DNA of 64,000 nt from an uncultured delta proteobacterium (GTDB lineage: Bacteria; Desulfobacterota; Syntrophia; Syntrophales; UBA2185). Shown here one piece after another: positions 42,164-52,694 of the stretch. Every line of letters begins with the position of its first letter. Position 1 is the stretch's first letter. A model generated the notes under the pieces. The model was not told the origin of the DNA. It worked only from the letters and a program-made list of their open reading frames with translations, and made no database searches. Position numbers and translations under genes: made by a program. The DNA lies in assembly GCA_963729715.1 (NCBI GenBank), contig CAVSPA010000005.1:352001-416000 (forward strand), read 5' to 3'.

Positions 42164-43516
42164 ATGATGGAAGAGTCCGCCTCACCTTTAAACATTCTGG
42201 TTGTCGACGACGAGCTGAATATTCGCAAGACCCTCTCCGTCTGCCTCGAGACGGAAGGACACAAGGTTGTTGCGGTTAGCAATTACGAGGATGCCCTTTC
42301 TGAAAACGCCCGCCGTTCCTTTGATGCCGCTTTTGTTGATCTCCGTCTCGGGACAAAAAGCGGCCTCGACCTCATCCCGGCGCTTCTATCCAGCTCGCCC
42401 TGGCTAAAAGTCATAGTCATCACCGCCTACGCATCGATCGATACAGCGGTAGATGCGATGAAGCGGGGCGCTGCCGACTATATTCCGAAACCTTTCACGC
42501 CTTCCCAGGTAAAACTCTGCGTAGATAAGGTTGCCGAGGTTCGTTCGCTGGAGCAGCGTGTAGATGCCCTCCAGGCGGATTTGAGCCGCATCAATCCCGA
42601 AGTGGACCTGGGCACGACAAGTCCCATCATGCAGCGGACTGTCGAACAGGCACGGCAGGTGGCCACGACAGACGCTATTGTCCTGCTCACAGGAGAGAAC
42701 GGAACCGGAAAAAGTGTTATTGCGCGGGCTATCCACGGGTGGAGCAAACGGGCAAATAAGCCTTTTGCAGAGATCTCATGCCCTGCTCTTTCCGCAGAAC
42801 TTCTGGAAAGCGAGCTTTTCGGACACGTGAAAGGGGCATTTACAGGCGCTGTGCGGGACCATCTGGGACGGATCGCCTTTTGCGAAGGAGGCACGCTGTT
42901 CCTGGATGAGATAGGCGATCTGCCGCCCTCCGTTCAGCCGAAGCTGTTAAGGTTTATCCAGGAAAGGGAATACGAACGTCTCGGCGATCACGTGACCCGG
43001 AAAGCGGATGTTCGCCTGATCGCAGCTACCAACATGGACATCGAGGAGGCAGTCAGAAATAATCGTTTCCGCGAAGACCTCTTCTATCGGCTGAATGTCA
43101 TCCAGATAGAGATCCCCCCGCTCCGCAAGCGGCCTGATGATATTGCCGACCTCGCCCGCCGCTTGCTCATCTTCTTTGGAAGAAGCCATCACTGTGCTCA
43201 TCAGCGCTTGACCGAAGAGGCGCTGCAGGCGCTCCGCCGCTATTCCTGGCCGGGAAATGTGCGTGAGCTGCGAAATGTAATCGAACGGGCCTCCATACTC
43301 TGCAAATCAGAGTCCGTGGGAATCGAATTCCTGCCGGAAAAGCTAATCACCGCGGAAGACCGCCCTAAGCCCGGAGATCTTGTTTCTCTCGATAAGCTGG
43401 AAGAGATGCACATCCGTCGCGTCCTCGCTCAAGCGAAATCATTGCAGGAAGCCGCCGACATTCTCGGAGTCGATCAGGCAACCCTCTGGCGACGCCGGAA
43501 ACGCTACGGAATCTGA
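42164..43516 (+). CDS. Sigma54-dependent response regulator (NtrC/AlgB-like)
   Basis: Receiver VVDDE..VDLRL..KPF; GENGTGKS, ESELFGH..GAFTGA, WPGNVREL, C-terminal HTH. Confidence 0.95.
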   Translation: MMEESASPLNILVVDDELNIRKTLSVCLETEGHKVVAVSNYEDALSENARRSFDAAFVDLRLGTKSGLDLIPALLSSSPWLKVIVITAYASIDTAVDAMKRGAADYIPKPFTPSQVKLCVDKVAEVRSLEQRVDALQADLSRINPEVDLGTTSPIMQRTVEQARQVATTDAIVLLTGENGTGKSVIARAIHGWSKRANKPFAEISCPALSAELLESELFGHVKGAFTGAVRDHLGRIAFCEGGTLFLDEIGDLPPSVQPKLLRFIQEREYERLGDHVTRKADVRLIAATNMDIEEAVRNNRFREDLFYRLNVIQIEIPPLRKRPDDIADLARRLLIFFGRSHHCAHQRLTEEALQALRRYSWPGNVRELRNVIERASILCKSESVGIEFLPEKLITAEDRPKPGDLVSLDKLEEMHIRRVLAQAKSLQEAADILGVDQATLWRRRKRYGI

Positions 43517-43553
43517 ACAGGCAGTTCGCAGAAATTACATCATCTATTACAAA

Positions 43554-43598
43554 TTGCGTTTTGCAAAGTGTTTGACGCCGTCTTCTTGCGGAATGCAA
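43554..43598. promoter_or_regulatory. Paired upstream activator sites
   Basis: TTGCGTTTTGCAA (43554-43566) and TTGCGGAATGCAA (43586-43598), 32 bp apart. Confidence 0.65.
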
Positions 43599-43649
43599 GA
43601 CCAAGCAGTTGCGCAAATCTACAGGCCCTGATTTTATTGTGTTTCTCCG

Positions 43650-43665
43650 TGGCACGCCGGTTGCT
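43650..43665 (+). promoter_or_regulatory. Sigma54 promoter of the histidine kinase-kdp operon
   Basis: TGGCACGCCGGTTGCT matches TGGCACG-N4-TTGCW. Confidence 0.88.
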
Positions 43666-43693
43666 TTAACACAGCAGCACGAGGAGAAAGACT

Positions 43694-45541
43694 ATGTTTA
43701 GTTTAAGACAGAAGTTATTTCTTGGATTCGGCGGCCTGTTGCTCATCATCGCATTGACCGGTATTCAAAGCATCAGTAAAGTCACAGAACTGGGCGATGC
43801 AATCGATGTCATTCTCAGAGAAAATTATCTAAGCGTGCTCGCCTGTCAGAATATGAAAGAATCCCTGGAAAGAATGGACAGCGGGGCGCTTTTTATCCTT
43901 TCCGGTTATGAAAAGGAGGGAAGAGAGGCCATTGACGGAAACGTCCCGGAGTTTGAGAAGGCGCTCACGATCGAATTGAATAATATCACTATCCCGGGCG
44001 AAGGAGAGAAGGCCGCCCACCTCAGTAAACTTTTTGTAAAATATAAGACCACGATTCAAGGCATGGAAGATCGAATCACCCCACACGAAACGCGGCGGGA
44101 CATTTATTTCAATAAACTGTTTCCATTGTTTCGGGATATAAAGGGAACGGCGGATGCGATCCTTAATATGAACCAACAGAACATGTACGATGCTAATCAA
44201 TTGGCGCGCCATAAGGCGACCAAGGCGCGTGAGCAGATGTATTTTCTCCTGATTCTCGGTGCTGTCATGGCCGTCGCCTACATATTCTTGATCGGCAAAT
44301 GGATCCTCCGACCGATTCAACGTTTGACCCAGTCTGCCGAGGAGATCAAAAGGGGCAATCTGGATCTCACGGTTAAGACCGATACCCGTGACGAAATAGG
44401 GCAACTTTCGGAGGCATTCAACGCGATGGCTGCAAGTCTTCGGGAAGTCCGCCGCAGCGACGAAGCAAAACTTGTTAGGATTCAGCACTCGACACAGCAG
44501 ACATTCGATAATCTTCCGGATGCCGTGGCAATTCTCGACTTGGAGGGAAAGGTGGAGACGGCGACGGAAACAGCCGGAAACATCTTTGGACTGAAGCGCA
44601 GCATCCGGATTGAAAGCGTACCATTTAAATGGATAACTGATCTATACAGAAATGCCCTGAAGGGCGATCACGCCTCTGCGAAAGAAGACGTAACAGCTGT
44701 CGTACAACACTTTGTCAACGCGGAGGAACATTTCTTCCGGCCGATGACAGCTCCTATCTTGAATAATAGAAGAGAACTTATCGGCATAATCCTTATCCTC
44801 AAGGATGTCACAGATCAACTGGAGCAAGACGAACTAAAAAAAGGCGTCATTTCCACAGTCTCCCATCAGTTGAAAACGCCTCTTACGTCGATGCGCATGG
44901 CCATTCACCTCCTTCTTGATGAAAAGATCGGGCCCCTCACTCCCAAGCAGCAGGAACTCTTGATTGCGGCCCGGGAAGACAGCGAGCGCCTTCATAAGAT
45001 CCTCGATAGTCTGCTTGATATCAGCCGCATAGTATCCGGCAAAATGGCTATGGAGCTTCATGCGGTCCCGCCTCAGCAAATCATCTCCGAGACTGTTGAA
45101 TCTTTCCGGGGAGCGGCCCTCGGCCAAGGCGTGAAAATTCACATACTGCTGCCCGGCGACCTGCCCGAGGTCTGGGCTGATACGATGCGGATCGGACATG
45201 TTTTCGCGAACCTGCTGTCCAATGCCCTCAAGTATACTGCCTCCGGCGACACGGTGACTGTAACCGCACAGGTTGGTAAACAACAGGTTGAGTTCTCCGT
45301 TTCCGATACCGGCAAAGGAATACCTGAGCAGTATCTCTCCAGGGTCTTCGACCCGTTCTTCCGCGTTCCGGGACAGGAAGCTGATACCGGCACCGGCTTG
45401 GGCCTTTCCATAGTCAAGGAAATCGTCGAGGCACACGGAGGATCTGTTACCGTAAAAAGCAAGACAGGTGAAGGAACAACTTTTTCCTTTGCGTTGAGAA
45501 GGGCCGATAGAATTGCAGCGGATGCGGGTGACAGGGAATGA
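43694..45541 (+). CDS. Membrane sensor histidine kinase (periplasmic helical sensor, HAMP, PAS; KinB-like)
   Basis: Two TMs, DEIGQLSEAFNAM, SHQLKTPLT H-box, NLLSNALKY, DTGKGI, GTGLGL. Confidence 0.94.
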   Translation: MFSLRQKLFLGFGGLLLIIALTGIQSISKVTELGDAIDVILRENYLSVLACQNMKESLERMDSGALFILSGYEKEGREAIDGNVPEFEKALTIELNNITIPGEGEKAAHLSKLFVKYKTTIQGMEDRITPHETRRDIYFNKLFPLFRDIKGTADAILNMNQQNMYDANQLARHKATKAREQMYFLLILGAVMAVAYIFLIGKWILRPIQRLTQSAEEIKRGNLDLTVKTDTRDEIGQLSEAFNAMAASLREVRRSDEAKLVRIQHSTQQTFDNLPDAVAILDLEGKVETATETAGNIFGLKRSIRIESVPFKWITDLYRNALKGDHASAKEDVTAVVQHFVNAEEHFFRPMTAPILNNRRELIGIILILKDVTDQLEQDELKKGVISTVSHQLKTPLTSMRMAIHLLLDEKIGPLTPKQQELLIAAREDSERLHKILDSLLDISRIVSGKMAMELHAVPPQQIISETVESFRGAALGQGVKIHILLPGDLPEVWADTMRIGHVFANLLSNALKYTASGDTVTVTAQVGKQQVEFSVSDTGKGIPEQYLSRVFDPFFRVPGQEADTGTGLGLSIVKEIVEAHGGSVTVKSKTGEGTTFSFALRRADRIAADAGDRE

Positions 45542-45621
45542 TTGATCTCGTCTATATAATCACAGTCGTCATCTTTTTCGCGGCTTGTATCTCTTATGCG
45601 AGGCTCTGCGGGAGGCTTTAG
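45538..45621 (+). CDS. 27-aa membrane peptide upstream of kdpF (MIDLVYIITVVIFFAACISYARLCGRL)
   Basis: ATGA overlap with kinase stop; single hydrophobic helix; supplies GGAGG SD for kdpF. Confidence 0.65.
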   Translation: MIDLVYIITVVIFFAACISYARLCGRL

Positions 45622-45624
45622 CGT

Positions 45625-45708
45625 ATGTCGGAATACATCGTTTTTATAATCGGCATGATTCTCATCGTCTATCTTTTCGTTGTTGTCCTCCGTCCGGAGA
45701 AGTTTTAA
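45625..45708 (+). CDS. kdpF: K+-transporting ATPase subunit F
   Basis: MSEYIVFIIGMILIVYLFVVVLRPEKF; YL....L.PEKF signature. Confidence 0.88.
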   Translation: MSEYIVFIIGMILIVYLFVVVLRPEKF

Positions 45709-45762
45709 AGATTCTCTCTGCCGGAAACGGTGACATATAACATCTGAACTGGTTGTCTTGTT

Positions 45763-47565
45763 ATGAATATATATGGCTGGAGCCAATTGGCAGTCTTTAT
45801 CGGGATTCTCCTGATGCTGACAAAACCGATCGGGATCTATCTTGCACAGGTTCTGGATATTGATGGTAAGCCGTTTCTCGGCTCCGCGCTTCGTCCTCTC
45901 GAAAGGTTACTTTACAATCTTTTCGGGCTTGACCAGAAAAAGGAACAGTCCTGGCAGGAGTATACCATTTCGCTCCTCGTCTTCAGCCTCGTAAGTCTCC
46001 TTGCGACCTACGCGATCCTCCGTCTACAGCATCTCTTGCCTTTGAACACGCAGAGGTTCGGGCCTGTCAGTGAACATCTGGCCTTCAACACCGCCGCAAG
46101 TTTCACCACCAACACAAACTGGCAGAGTTACGGCGGCGAGTCCACGCTTTCGTATTTTTCGCAGATGGTGGGTCTCGTCTTCCATAACTTCACCTCCGCA
46201 GCCGTAGGAATAGCCGTGGCCGCCGTCCTCGTAAGAGGCGTCGCCCGGCAGTCCGCGCGAACGATCGGCAATTTTTGGATTGACCTCGTCCGCGTGAACA
46301 TTTATCTCCTCCTGCCCCTCTCTATCATCTACGCCCTTTTTCTGGTGTCCCAAGGCATGATTCAGAATTTCAGGCCTTACGATACGGCACAGCTTGTGGA
46401 AGCCTCCGTCATTCAAGTAGTCAAGACGGATGCCACGGGTCATGAAATCATCGATGCCCAGCGAAGGCCGGTCATGGAGGATCGGCGGATCGAAACACAA
46501 ACTATAGCGCAGGGACCGGCTGCATCACAGGCGGCGATCAAGATGCTGGGGACCAACGGCGGCGGCTTCTTCAATGCCAACGCCTCTCACCCCTTTGAGA
46601 ACCCGACGCCTCTATCAAACTTTTTGCAGATCCTTTCCATATTTCTCATACCGAGCGGTCTCACTTATTATCTAGGTAGAATGGTCAAGAACCAGCGGCA
46701 CGGATGGACAGTTTGGGGCGTGATGCTTGCACTCTTCCTTGCAGGAGTTCTGGTATGCTGGTGGGCGGAAGGAGCGGGAAACCCGAGAATGCATGCCCTC
46801 GGCGTTGATGCGGCTGGAGGGAATATGGAAGGCAAGGAGACTCGCTTCGGCATATTCGGCTCTGCCCTTTTCGCCGCGGTGACTACGGATGCCTCATGCG
46901 GAGCCGTCAACGCGATGCATGATTCCTTCACACCGCTGGGCGGCTTGATCCCACTCTTCAATATTCAGCTCGGGGAGGTCGTTTTTGGTGGCGTGGGAGC
47001 CGGGCTTTACGGGATGCTTGTCTTTGTTATCCTGACCGTGTTTCTCGCGGGACTGATGGTAGGGCGCACCCCCGAGTATCTCGGAAAGAAAATCGAGGCC
47101 TATGACGTGAAGGCCAGTGTCTTATACGTGATGGTGCCCGTTTTTTCTGTCCTGGGATTCGCCGCTTGGGCCGCGGCGAGCAAGTGGGGCATGGCCGGTC
47201 TCAATAATACCGGGCCTCATGGTTTTAGCGAAATACTTTATGCATTCTCATCTGCCGTGGGCAATAATGGCAGCGCCTTCGCGGGCTTGAGCACCAACAC
47301 CTACTGGTATGACACAACGCTCGGTGTGGCCATGCTGCTTGGCCGCTTTTTCATGATTATCCCGGTTCTTGCACTCGCAGGCAGCCTGGCGCAAAAGAAA
47401 CAGGTTGCTGTGAGCGGCGGCTCTTTTCCTGCGTCCGGCGTTCTCTTTGCCGTGCTTGTGCTCGGCACCGTTCTCATTGTCGGCGCCCTGACTTTCCTGC
47501 CGGCGCTTGCGCTCGGTCCCATTGTGGAACATTTCCTGATGGCAGGTTCGCAGATTCTCTATTGA
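45763..47565 (+). CDS. kdpA: K+-transporting ATPase subunit A
   Basis: TNTNWQSY, LGTNGGG, SCGAVN, GNNGSAF. Confidence 0.97.
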   Translation: MNIYGWSQLAVFIGILLMLTKPIGIYLAQVLDIDGKPFLGSALRPLERLLYNLFGLDQKKEQSWQEYTISLLVFSLVSLLATYAILRLQHLLPLNTQRFGPVSEHLAFNTAASFTTNTNWQSYGGESTLSYFSQMVGLVFHNFTSAAVGIAVAAVLVRGVARQSARTIGNFWIDLVRVNIYLLLPLSIIYALFLVSQGMIQNFRPYDTAQLVEASVIQVVKTDATGHEIIDAQRRPVMEDRRIETQTIAQGPAASQAAIKMLGTNGGGFFNANASHPFENPTPLSNFLQILSIFLIPSGLTYYLGRMVKNQRHGWTVWGVMLALFLAGVLVCWWAEGAGNPRMHALGVDAAGGNMEGKETRFGIFGSALFAAVTTDASCGAVNAMHDSFTPLGGLIPLFNIQLGEVVFGGVGAGLYGMLVFVILTVFLAGLMVGRTPEYLGKKIEAYDVKASVLYVMVPVFSVLGFAAWAAASKWGMAGLNNTGPHGFSEILYAFSSAVGNNGSAFAGLSTNTYWYDTTLGVAMLLGRFFMIIPVLALAGSLAQKKQVAVSGGSFPASGVLFAVLVLGTVLIVGALTFLPALALGPIVEHFLMAGSQILY

Positions 47566-47577
47566 GGTACAAAGTTC

Positions 47578-49599
47578 ATGGCTATGAAGGCGCGTTCTAT
47601 CTTTGATCGGGACATTCTATCGCAGGCAATAGTTCACGCTGCAAAAAAAATGAACCCGGTATACATGGTCAATAATCCTGTCATGTTCGTCACGGAAGCG
47701 GGGGCATTCATCGTGAGCGTCGGGCTGTTCTTCCTTCCGGGGGGTGAAAATCTTGGTTTCAGTATACAGATCGCCCTATGGCTCTGGTTCACAGTATACT
47801 TCGCCAATTTCGCGGAAGCCATGGCAGAAGGGAGAGGCAGGGCGCAGGCGAACGCCCTCCGGAAGACGCGGACACGCACAACGGCCAATCGCATCCGTAA
47901 CGATAGCTCTCTCGAGAAAATCCCTGCCGACCAATTGCAAAAGGGAGATATGTTTTTCGTCGCCGCAGGCGAAATAATACCTGCGGACGGAGAAATAACT
48001 GAGGGGGTCGCCACGGTTGATGAATCGGCCATTACCGGGGAATCGGCGCCCGTAATCCGGGAGGCAGGCGGTGACCGAAGCGCCGTTACCGGTGGAACAA
48101 AGGTTCTCTCGGATTGGATCAGAGTTCGTGTGACGGCTAATCCCGGTGAGAGTTTTTTGGACCGCATGATCGGACTCGTCGAAGGGGCGAGGCGCCAGAA
48201 GACACCAAACGAGATAGCCCTCACTATCCTCCTTGCGGCGCTCACGATAATCTTTCTCGTTGTCATCATGACGCTGAAATTCTACGGGCTCTATGCGGGA
48301 ATATCATTTTCCGTCACTGTCCTGGTCGCACTGCTTGTCTGCCTGATTCCCACGACCATCGGCGGGCTTCTGAGCGCCATCGGCATAGCGGGTATCGACA
48401 GGATGGTGCAGAGGAACGTCCTCGCCATGAGCGGCCGCGCAGTTGAGGCCGCGGGTGATGTGGATGTACTGCTACTCGACAAAACGGGAACAATAACTCT
48501 CGGCGACCGTCAGGCTACTGAATTCATTCCCGCGCCGGGCATCACGGTGGAGGAACTGGCTGATGCCGCCCAGTTGGCCTCACTTGCCGACGAGACACCC
48601 GAGGGGAGAAGTATAGTCGTCCTCGCAAAAAAATATAGTCTCAGGGGCCGCTCGATTTCAGACATGCCCCAGGCCAGGTTCATCAACTTCACGGCGCAGA
48701 CACGTATGAGCGGTGTGGATTTAGAAGACCGACAGATAAGGAAGGGAGCAGCCGACGTAATAAAGACTTTTGTCGGTGCGGATTTCCCGGCACAAGTCCA
48801 AGACTCCGTAGATCATGTTGCGGATTCCGGCGGGACGCCTCTCGTCGTCGCTTCCGGCGGGCAGGTTCTCGGTGTCGTCCATCTGAAGGATATCGTGAAA
48901 GGCGGGCTCAAAGACCGGTTTGAAAGATTACGCGCGATGGGCATCAAGACGGTCATGATCACCGGCGATAACCGGCTTACAGCGACAGCCATTGCGAAGG
49001 AGGCAGGCGTGGATGACTTCATCGCTGAGGCGCGCCCCGAGGACAAGCTCTCTCTGATCCGAAAAGAACAAGCGAGAGGACATCTTGTCGCCATGACCGG
49101 CGACGGTACGAATGACGCACCCGCCCTTGCACAGGCCGACGTCGGGGTTGCGATGAACACAGGCACGCAGGCGGCAAAGGAAGCAGGCAATATGGTGGAC
49201 CTTGATTCCAACCCCACGAAACTTATCGAGGTCGTTGAAATCGGAAAGCAGATGCTCATCACGCGGGGCGCCCTCACGACTTTCAGCATCGCCAATGACG
49301 TAGCCAAATACTTTGCCATCATTCCGGCCATGATCGTGGGCTCATTTCCGGTTATTGACCCCTTGAACGTCATGCGGCTTCAATCTCCGGCAAGCGCCAT
49401 ACTCAGCGCCGTAATTTTCAACGCGCTCATTATTATTGCCCTTGTTCCTCTCGCGCTGAGAGGCGTGAAGTTCCGGCCCGTCGGCGCCGCGGCGCTGTTG
49501 AAGCGCAATATTCTCATCTACGGCTTGGGAGGAATCATAGCGCCTTTCCCCGGAATCAAGCTAATAGATATCATCGTTAACGCCCTGCATCTCGCGTGA
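47578..49599 (+). CDS. kdpB: K+-transporting ATPase subunit B
   Basis: [27 protein letters not shown]. Confidence 0.97.
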   Translation: MAMKARSIFDRDILSQAIVHAAKKMNPVYMVNNPVMFVTEAGAFIVSVGLFFLPGGENLGFSIQIALWLWFTVYFANFAEAMAEGRGRAQANALRKTRTRTTANRIRNDSSLEKIPADQLQKGDMFFVAAGEIIPADGEITEGVATVDESAITGESAPVIREAGGDRSAVTGGTKVLSDWIRVRVTANPGESFLDRMIGLVEGARRQKTPNEIALTILLAALTIIFLVVIMTLKFYGLYAGISFSVTVLVALLVCLIPTTIGGLLSAIGIAGIDRMVQRNVLAMSGRAVEAAGDVDVLLLDKTGTITLGDRQATEFIPAPGITVEELADAAQLASLADETPEGRSIVVLAKKYSLRGRSISDMPQARFINFTAQTRMSGVDLEDRQIRKGAADVIKTFVGADFPAQVQDSVDHVADSGGTPLVVASGGQVLGVVHLKDIVKGGLKDRFERLRAMGIKTVMITGDNRLTATAIAKEAGVDDFIAEARPEDKLSLIRKEQARGHLVAMTGDGTNDAPALAQADVGVAMNTGTQAAKEAGNMVDLDSNPTKLIEVVEIGKQMLITRGALTTFSIANDVAKYFAIIPAMIVGSFPVIDPLNVMRLQSPASAILSAVIFNALIIIALVPLALRGVKFRPVGAAALLKRNILIYGLGGIIAPFPGIKLIDIIVNALHLA

Positions 49600-49616
49600 G
49601 GGAAGGTTTTGCAGCC

Positions 49617-50198
49617 ATGAAGAATCTGTTCAAAGAAATCCGCATATCGCTTGTTGCCACCCTGTCTCTCGCGGTCATTTTATGCGGCATTTACCCGGCC
49701 CTGGTCTGGATCGCGGCACAGGCCGTATTCCACGACGAGGCGAACGGATCACTCATCATCAAGAATGGCCGCATTGTGGGGTCGAGCCTGCTTGCGCAGA
49801 GATTTACCGGCGCAAAATATTTTCATCCCCGGCCGTCCGCGGCGGGCGCCGGTTACGACGCAGCCAACTCCGGCGGCAGCAACCTCGGCCCTCTCTCGAA
49901 GAAATTGATTGATGATCTCGGCGAGCGCGTCCGTGACTACCGTGCAGAGAATAACCTTTCAGTCGAAGCCACGGTGCCGGCGGATGCAGTGACTGCGTCG
50001 GCAAGCGGCCTTGACCCGCACATCAGCCGGGAGAACGCCATGATGCAGGCAGCGCGGGTTGCCCGCGCGCGAGGAGTGAGCGAGGAAAGCATAGAGAGCA
50101 AGATCGCGGCTCATACGGAAAGGCGCACTCTCGGAATATTCGGCGAACCCCGCGTGAATGTACTGCTCTTGAATCTGGAGTTCGATGGGGACAAATAG
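49617..50198 (+). CDS. kdpC: K+-transporting ATPase subunit C
   Basis: ANGSLI, YFHPRPS, SGGSNLGP, SASGLDPHIS, RVNVL.LN. Confidence 0.96.
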   Translation: MKNLFKEIRISLVATLSLAVILCGIYPALVWIAAQAVFHDEANGSLIIKNGRIVGSSLLAQRFTGAKYFHPRPSAAGAGYDAANSGGSNLGPLSKKLIDDLGERVRDYRAENNLSVEATVPADAVTASASGLDPHISRENAMMQAARVARARGVSEESIESKIAAHTERRTLGIFGEPRVNVLLLNLEFDGDK

Positions 50199-50201
50199 AA
50201 T

Positions 50202-51881
50202 ATGCCTGGTGAAAATCGTCCAGATGCCTTTTTGAGGATGATCCGCAGGTCCCAACGCGGCCACCTGAAGATATACCTCGGTTATGCAGCGGGCGTGGGT
50301 AAGACCTACCGGATGCTCCAAGAGGCGCGCCAACTCAAGGCCGAGAGTATTGACGTGGTCGTGGGACTGGTCGAGACGCATGGCCGGGTCGATGTCGCCA
50401 AGCTTCTCGAAGGTCTGGAAATAATCCGGAGACGAAGGCAGGAATACCGCGGGATCATCGTTGAGGAGATGGACGTTGATGCCATTCTCGCCCGGAAGCC
50501 GCAGATTGCACTCGTCGATGAACTGGCACATACCAACGTGCCGGGGAGCCGCAATGCCAAGAGGTATCAGGACGTCCAGGATATCCTCGCCCACGGGATT
50601 CACGTCATCAGTACCCTGAACATCCAGCATCTCGAAAGCCTCTACGACGTCGTAGAGAAGGCGTCCGGCGTCAGGGTCCATGAACGGCTTCCTGATGCGG
50701 TCCTCGCGGAAGCGGACCAGATCGTGAATGTCGATTTGACTACGGAGGACCTTGGCGAACGTCTCAAAGAAGGAAAGATATATCCTCTCGAACGCATCGA
50801 GACGGCAGTCACAAATTTCTTCAAGAAATCGAACCTAGAGCAGCTCCGGGAGCTTACCTTACGCGAACTGGCTTCACAGATTGATCTGCGATCCCGTGAT
50901 GAACTGGAAGAGGAGGTGCCGGCCACTCCCGATCAGGTGATGGTATGTCTCAGCTCAAAAGGCCAGAACAGCGAGAAGCTGCTTCGTTATGCTTCGCGCT
51001 TGGCCGGACGACTTAACAGGAACTGGTATGCCGTCTATGTCCAGACGCCGTCGGAGGCGCCGACGGCTATCGATGCGCAGACACAGCGTATCCTGTCAGG
51101 CACCCTAACCCTCGCGAAGCAGCTCGGGGCCATCGTCTTCACCTTCAAGGGAGAAGATATCGTCAAGACCATTCTTCAGTTTGCCAGAGAATACAGGGTC
51201 GGTCATATTGTGATCGGGAGCCCGAGAAAAATTCCTTTCTGGAAACAACTGATGGGCGAACGCAGTGTCGCCGAACGCCTGATCCGCGATGCGAGGGGCG
51301 TGACGGTAGTTGTCCTTGACACGCAGAAACACGACGTAGCCGCTCCTCTTGCGGTTGAAGAAGAGATAATACATGAGGAGAAGGCCCCTGCAACACGTGA
51401 AGCAGAGGACACTCGCACACTTTTAACTCAATTCATATCCCAGGACAGGATCGTCATCTGGGAGACGCCCATCGCAAAAGATAATCTGCTCAGAACCCTC
51501 TCAGATGCCGCCTGTGAAGACGGAAGCGAAGAGAAATCGAAGGGCCTTAACGCAATCATGGAAAGAGAAAAACAAGGCTCCACGTTTTTCAACGAAGGCG
51601 TGGCCTTCCCCCATGCAAGGATCGAAGGACTGAAACGCTCATGCGTGGCCATCGGTTTGACACACGGGGGTCTTTTCGATGTGGCGACGGAAAAGCCTAT
51701 CGAATATGTTTTTTTGATCTTTTCACCGGCGGATATTCCCGACGAACAGATCCAGATACTGGCACTTGTCAGCAAAGCCGCCCTCGACAGGCAGCTCATG
51801 GAAACCTTGCGGTCGGCGGGAACCCCGGGCGAAGCCTATCAGGCCATTCGGGCATGGGAAATTGCGGAGCAAGCCGTATAA
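50202..51881 (+). CDS. kdpD: Soluble KdpD N-terminal domain + Usp domain + PTS EIIA-like domain fusion (no TM, no kinase)
   Basis: YLGYAAGVGKTY, VETHGR, VDELAHTN, NIQHLESL; Usp VMVCLSS..IVIG; EIIA-like ERE..GST....GVAFPHAR. Confidence 0.85.
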   Translation: MPGENRPDAFLRMIRRSQRGHLKIYLGYAAGVGKTYRMLQEARQLKAESIDVVVGLVETHGRVDVAKLLEGLEIIRRRRQEYRGIIVEEMDVDAILARKPQIALVDELAHTNVPGSRNAKRYQDVQDILAHGIHVISTLNIQHLESLYDVVEKASGVRVHERLPDAVLAEADQIVNVDLTTEDLGERLKEGKIYPLERIETAVTNFFKKSNLEQLRELTLRELASQIDLRSRDELEEEVPATPDQVMVCLSSKGQNSEKLLRYASRLAGRLNRNWYAVYVQTPSEAPTAIDAQTQRILSGTLTLAKQLGAIVFTFKGEDIVKTILQFAREYRVGHIVIGSPRKIPFWKQLMGERSVAERLIRDARGVTVVVLDTQKHDVAAPLAVEEEIIHEEKAPATREAEDTRTLLTQFISQDRIVIWETPIAKDNLLRTLSDAACEDGSEEKSKGLNAIMEREKQGSTFFNEGVAFPHARIEGLKRSCVAIGLTHGGLFDVATEKPIEYVFLIFSPADIPDEQIQILALVSKAALDRQLMETLRSAGTPGEAYQAIRAWEIAEQAV

Positions 51882-51989
51882 TGAGCCACGTTGTAAATTA
51901 TACTGCGGCCTGAAGTCATCAGCAGTGCGGGTTCTAAGGGAGATTGGAGAAGAGAAAATCGAGCGCGAACAAGAGGACGATGAGATACA

Positions 51990-52130
51990 TGAGGGGATGG
52001 ACATCCCGCAACATTAAACAGGGTAGGATAAGTCCGAAGTCCTTTACGGCGGAACAGATTATCGCGTTTCTACGAGAAGCGGATGTGAAGCTTTCCCTGG
52101 GCAGAAACGTGGGAATAGCTTTTCCGGAAG
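51990..52130 (+). pseudogene. IS3-family orfA remnant (boundaries approximate)
   Basis: KSFTAEQIIAFLREADVKLSLG resembles the IS3 orfA N-terminus. Confidence 0.55.
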
Positions 52131-52313
52131 ATTCCATCACAAGACTTCTAAATGTTTTTATCACTCCAACAAGCACTGGCTGTTACAAACAGTAATCTCC
52201 AATGCCTCTCTCTTGTACATTTCATTGACTTGATACTATTTAAGGCCTCCCCCTAAAACATGGTATATTTGTTTTTGACGAGACAAAATAATACCAGAAG
52301 AAGGAGGAAGCCC

Positions 52314-52592
52314 ATGAGATTTTACACTAATCAACGCAACTACTACTGCGGAATCGACCTCCGCACAAGAAAAATGTATATCTGCATCCTCGATGAAAAA
52401 GGAGAAATCAGGGAACATCGCAACCTGAAAACCGACCGTGATACCTTTCTCAAAGCCATCGCTCCCTTTCGTGAGGATATTGTCGTTGCTGTAGAATGCA
52501 TCTTCACCTGGTACTGGGTAGCCGATCTTTGCCACAACGAAGGCATTCCTTTTGTAGATACCAATAACCGGCGCATTTCATTTTTTCTTTGA
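52314..52592 (+). pseudogene. Truncated IS110-family transposase (N-terminal fragment)
   Basis: YYCGIDL..RKMYICILD, VAVEC.FTWYW.AD; AAGGAGG SD; truncated. Confidence 0.8.
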
Positions 52593-52694
52593 TCTCTCCT
52601 GCAAATTACGGAAGGAAATCTGCTAGAAAAGCGCATCATGCCGAAATCTCGCTTTCAGTGATCCTCCCCCAGCAGGAGCTGGGGGCTTCTTAAA

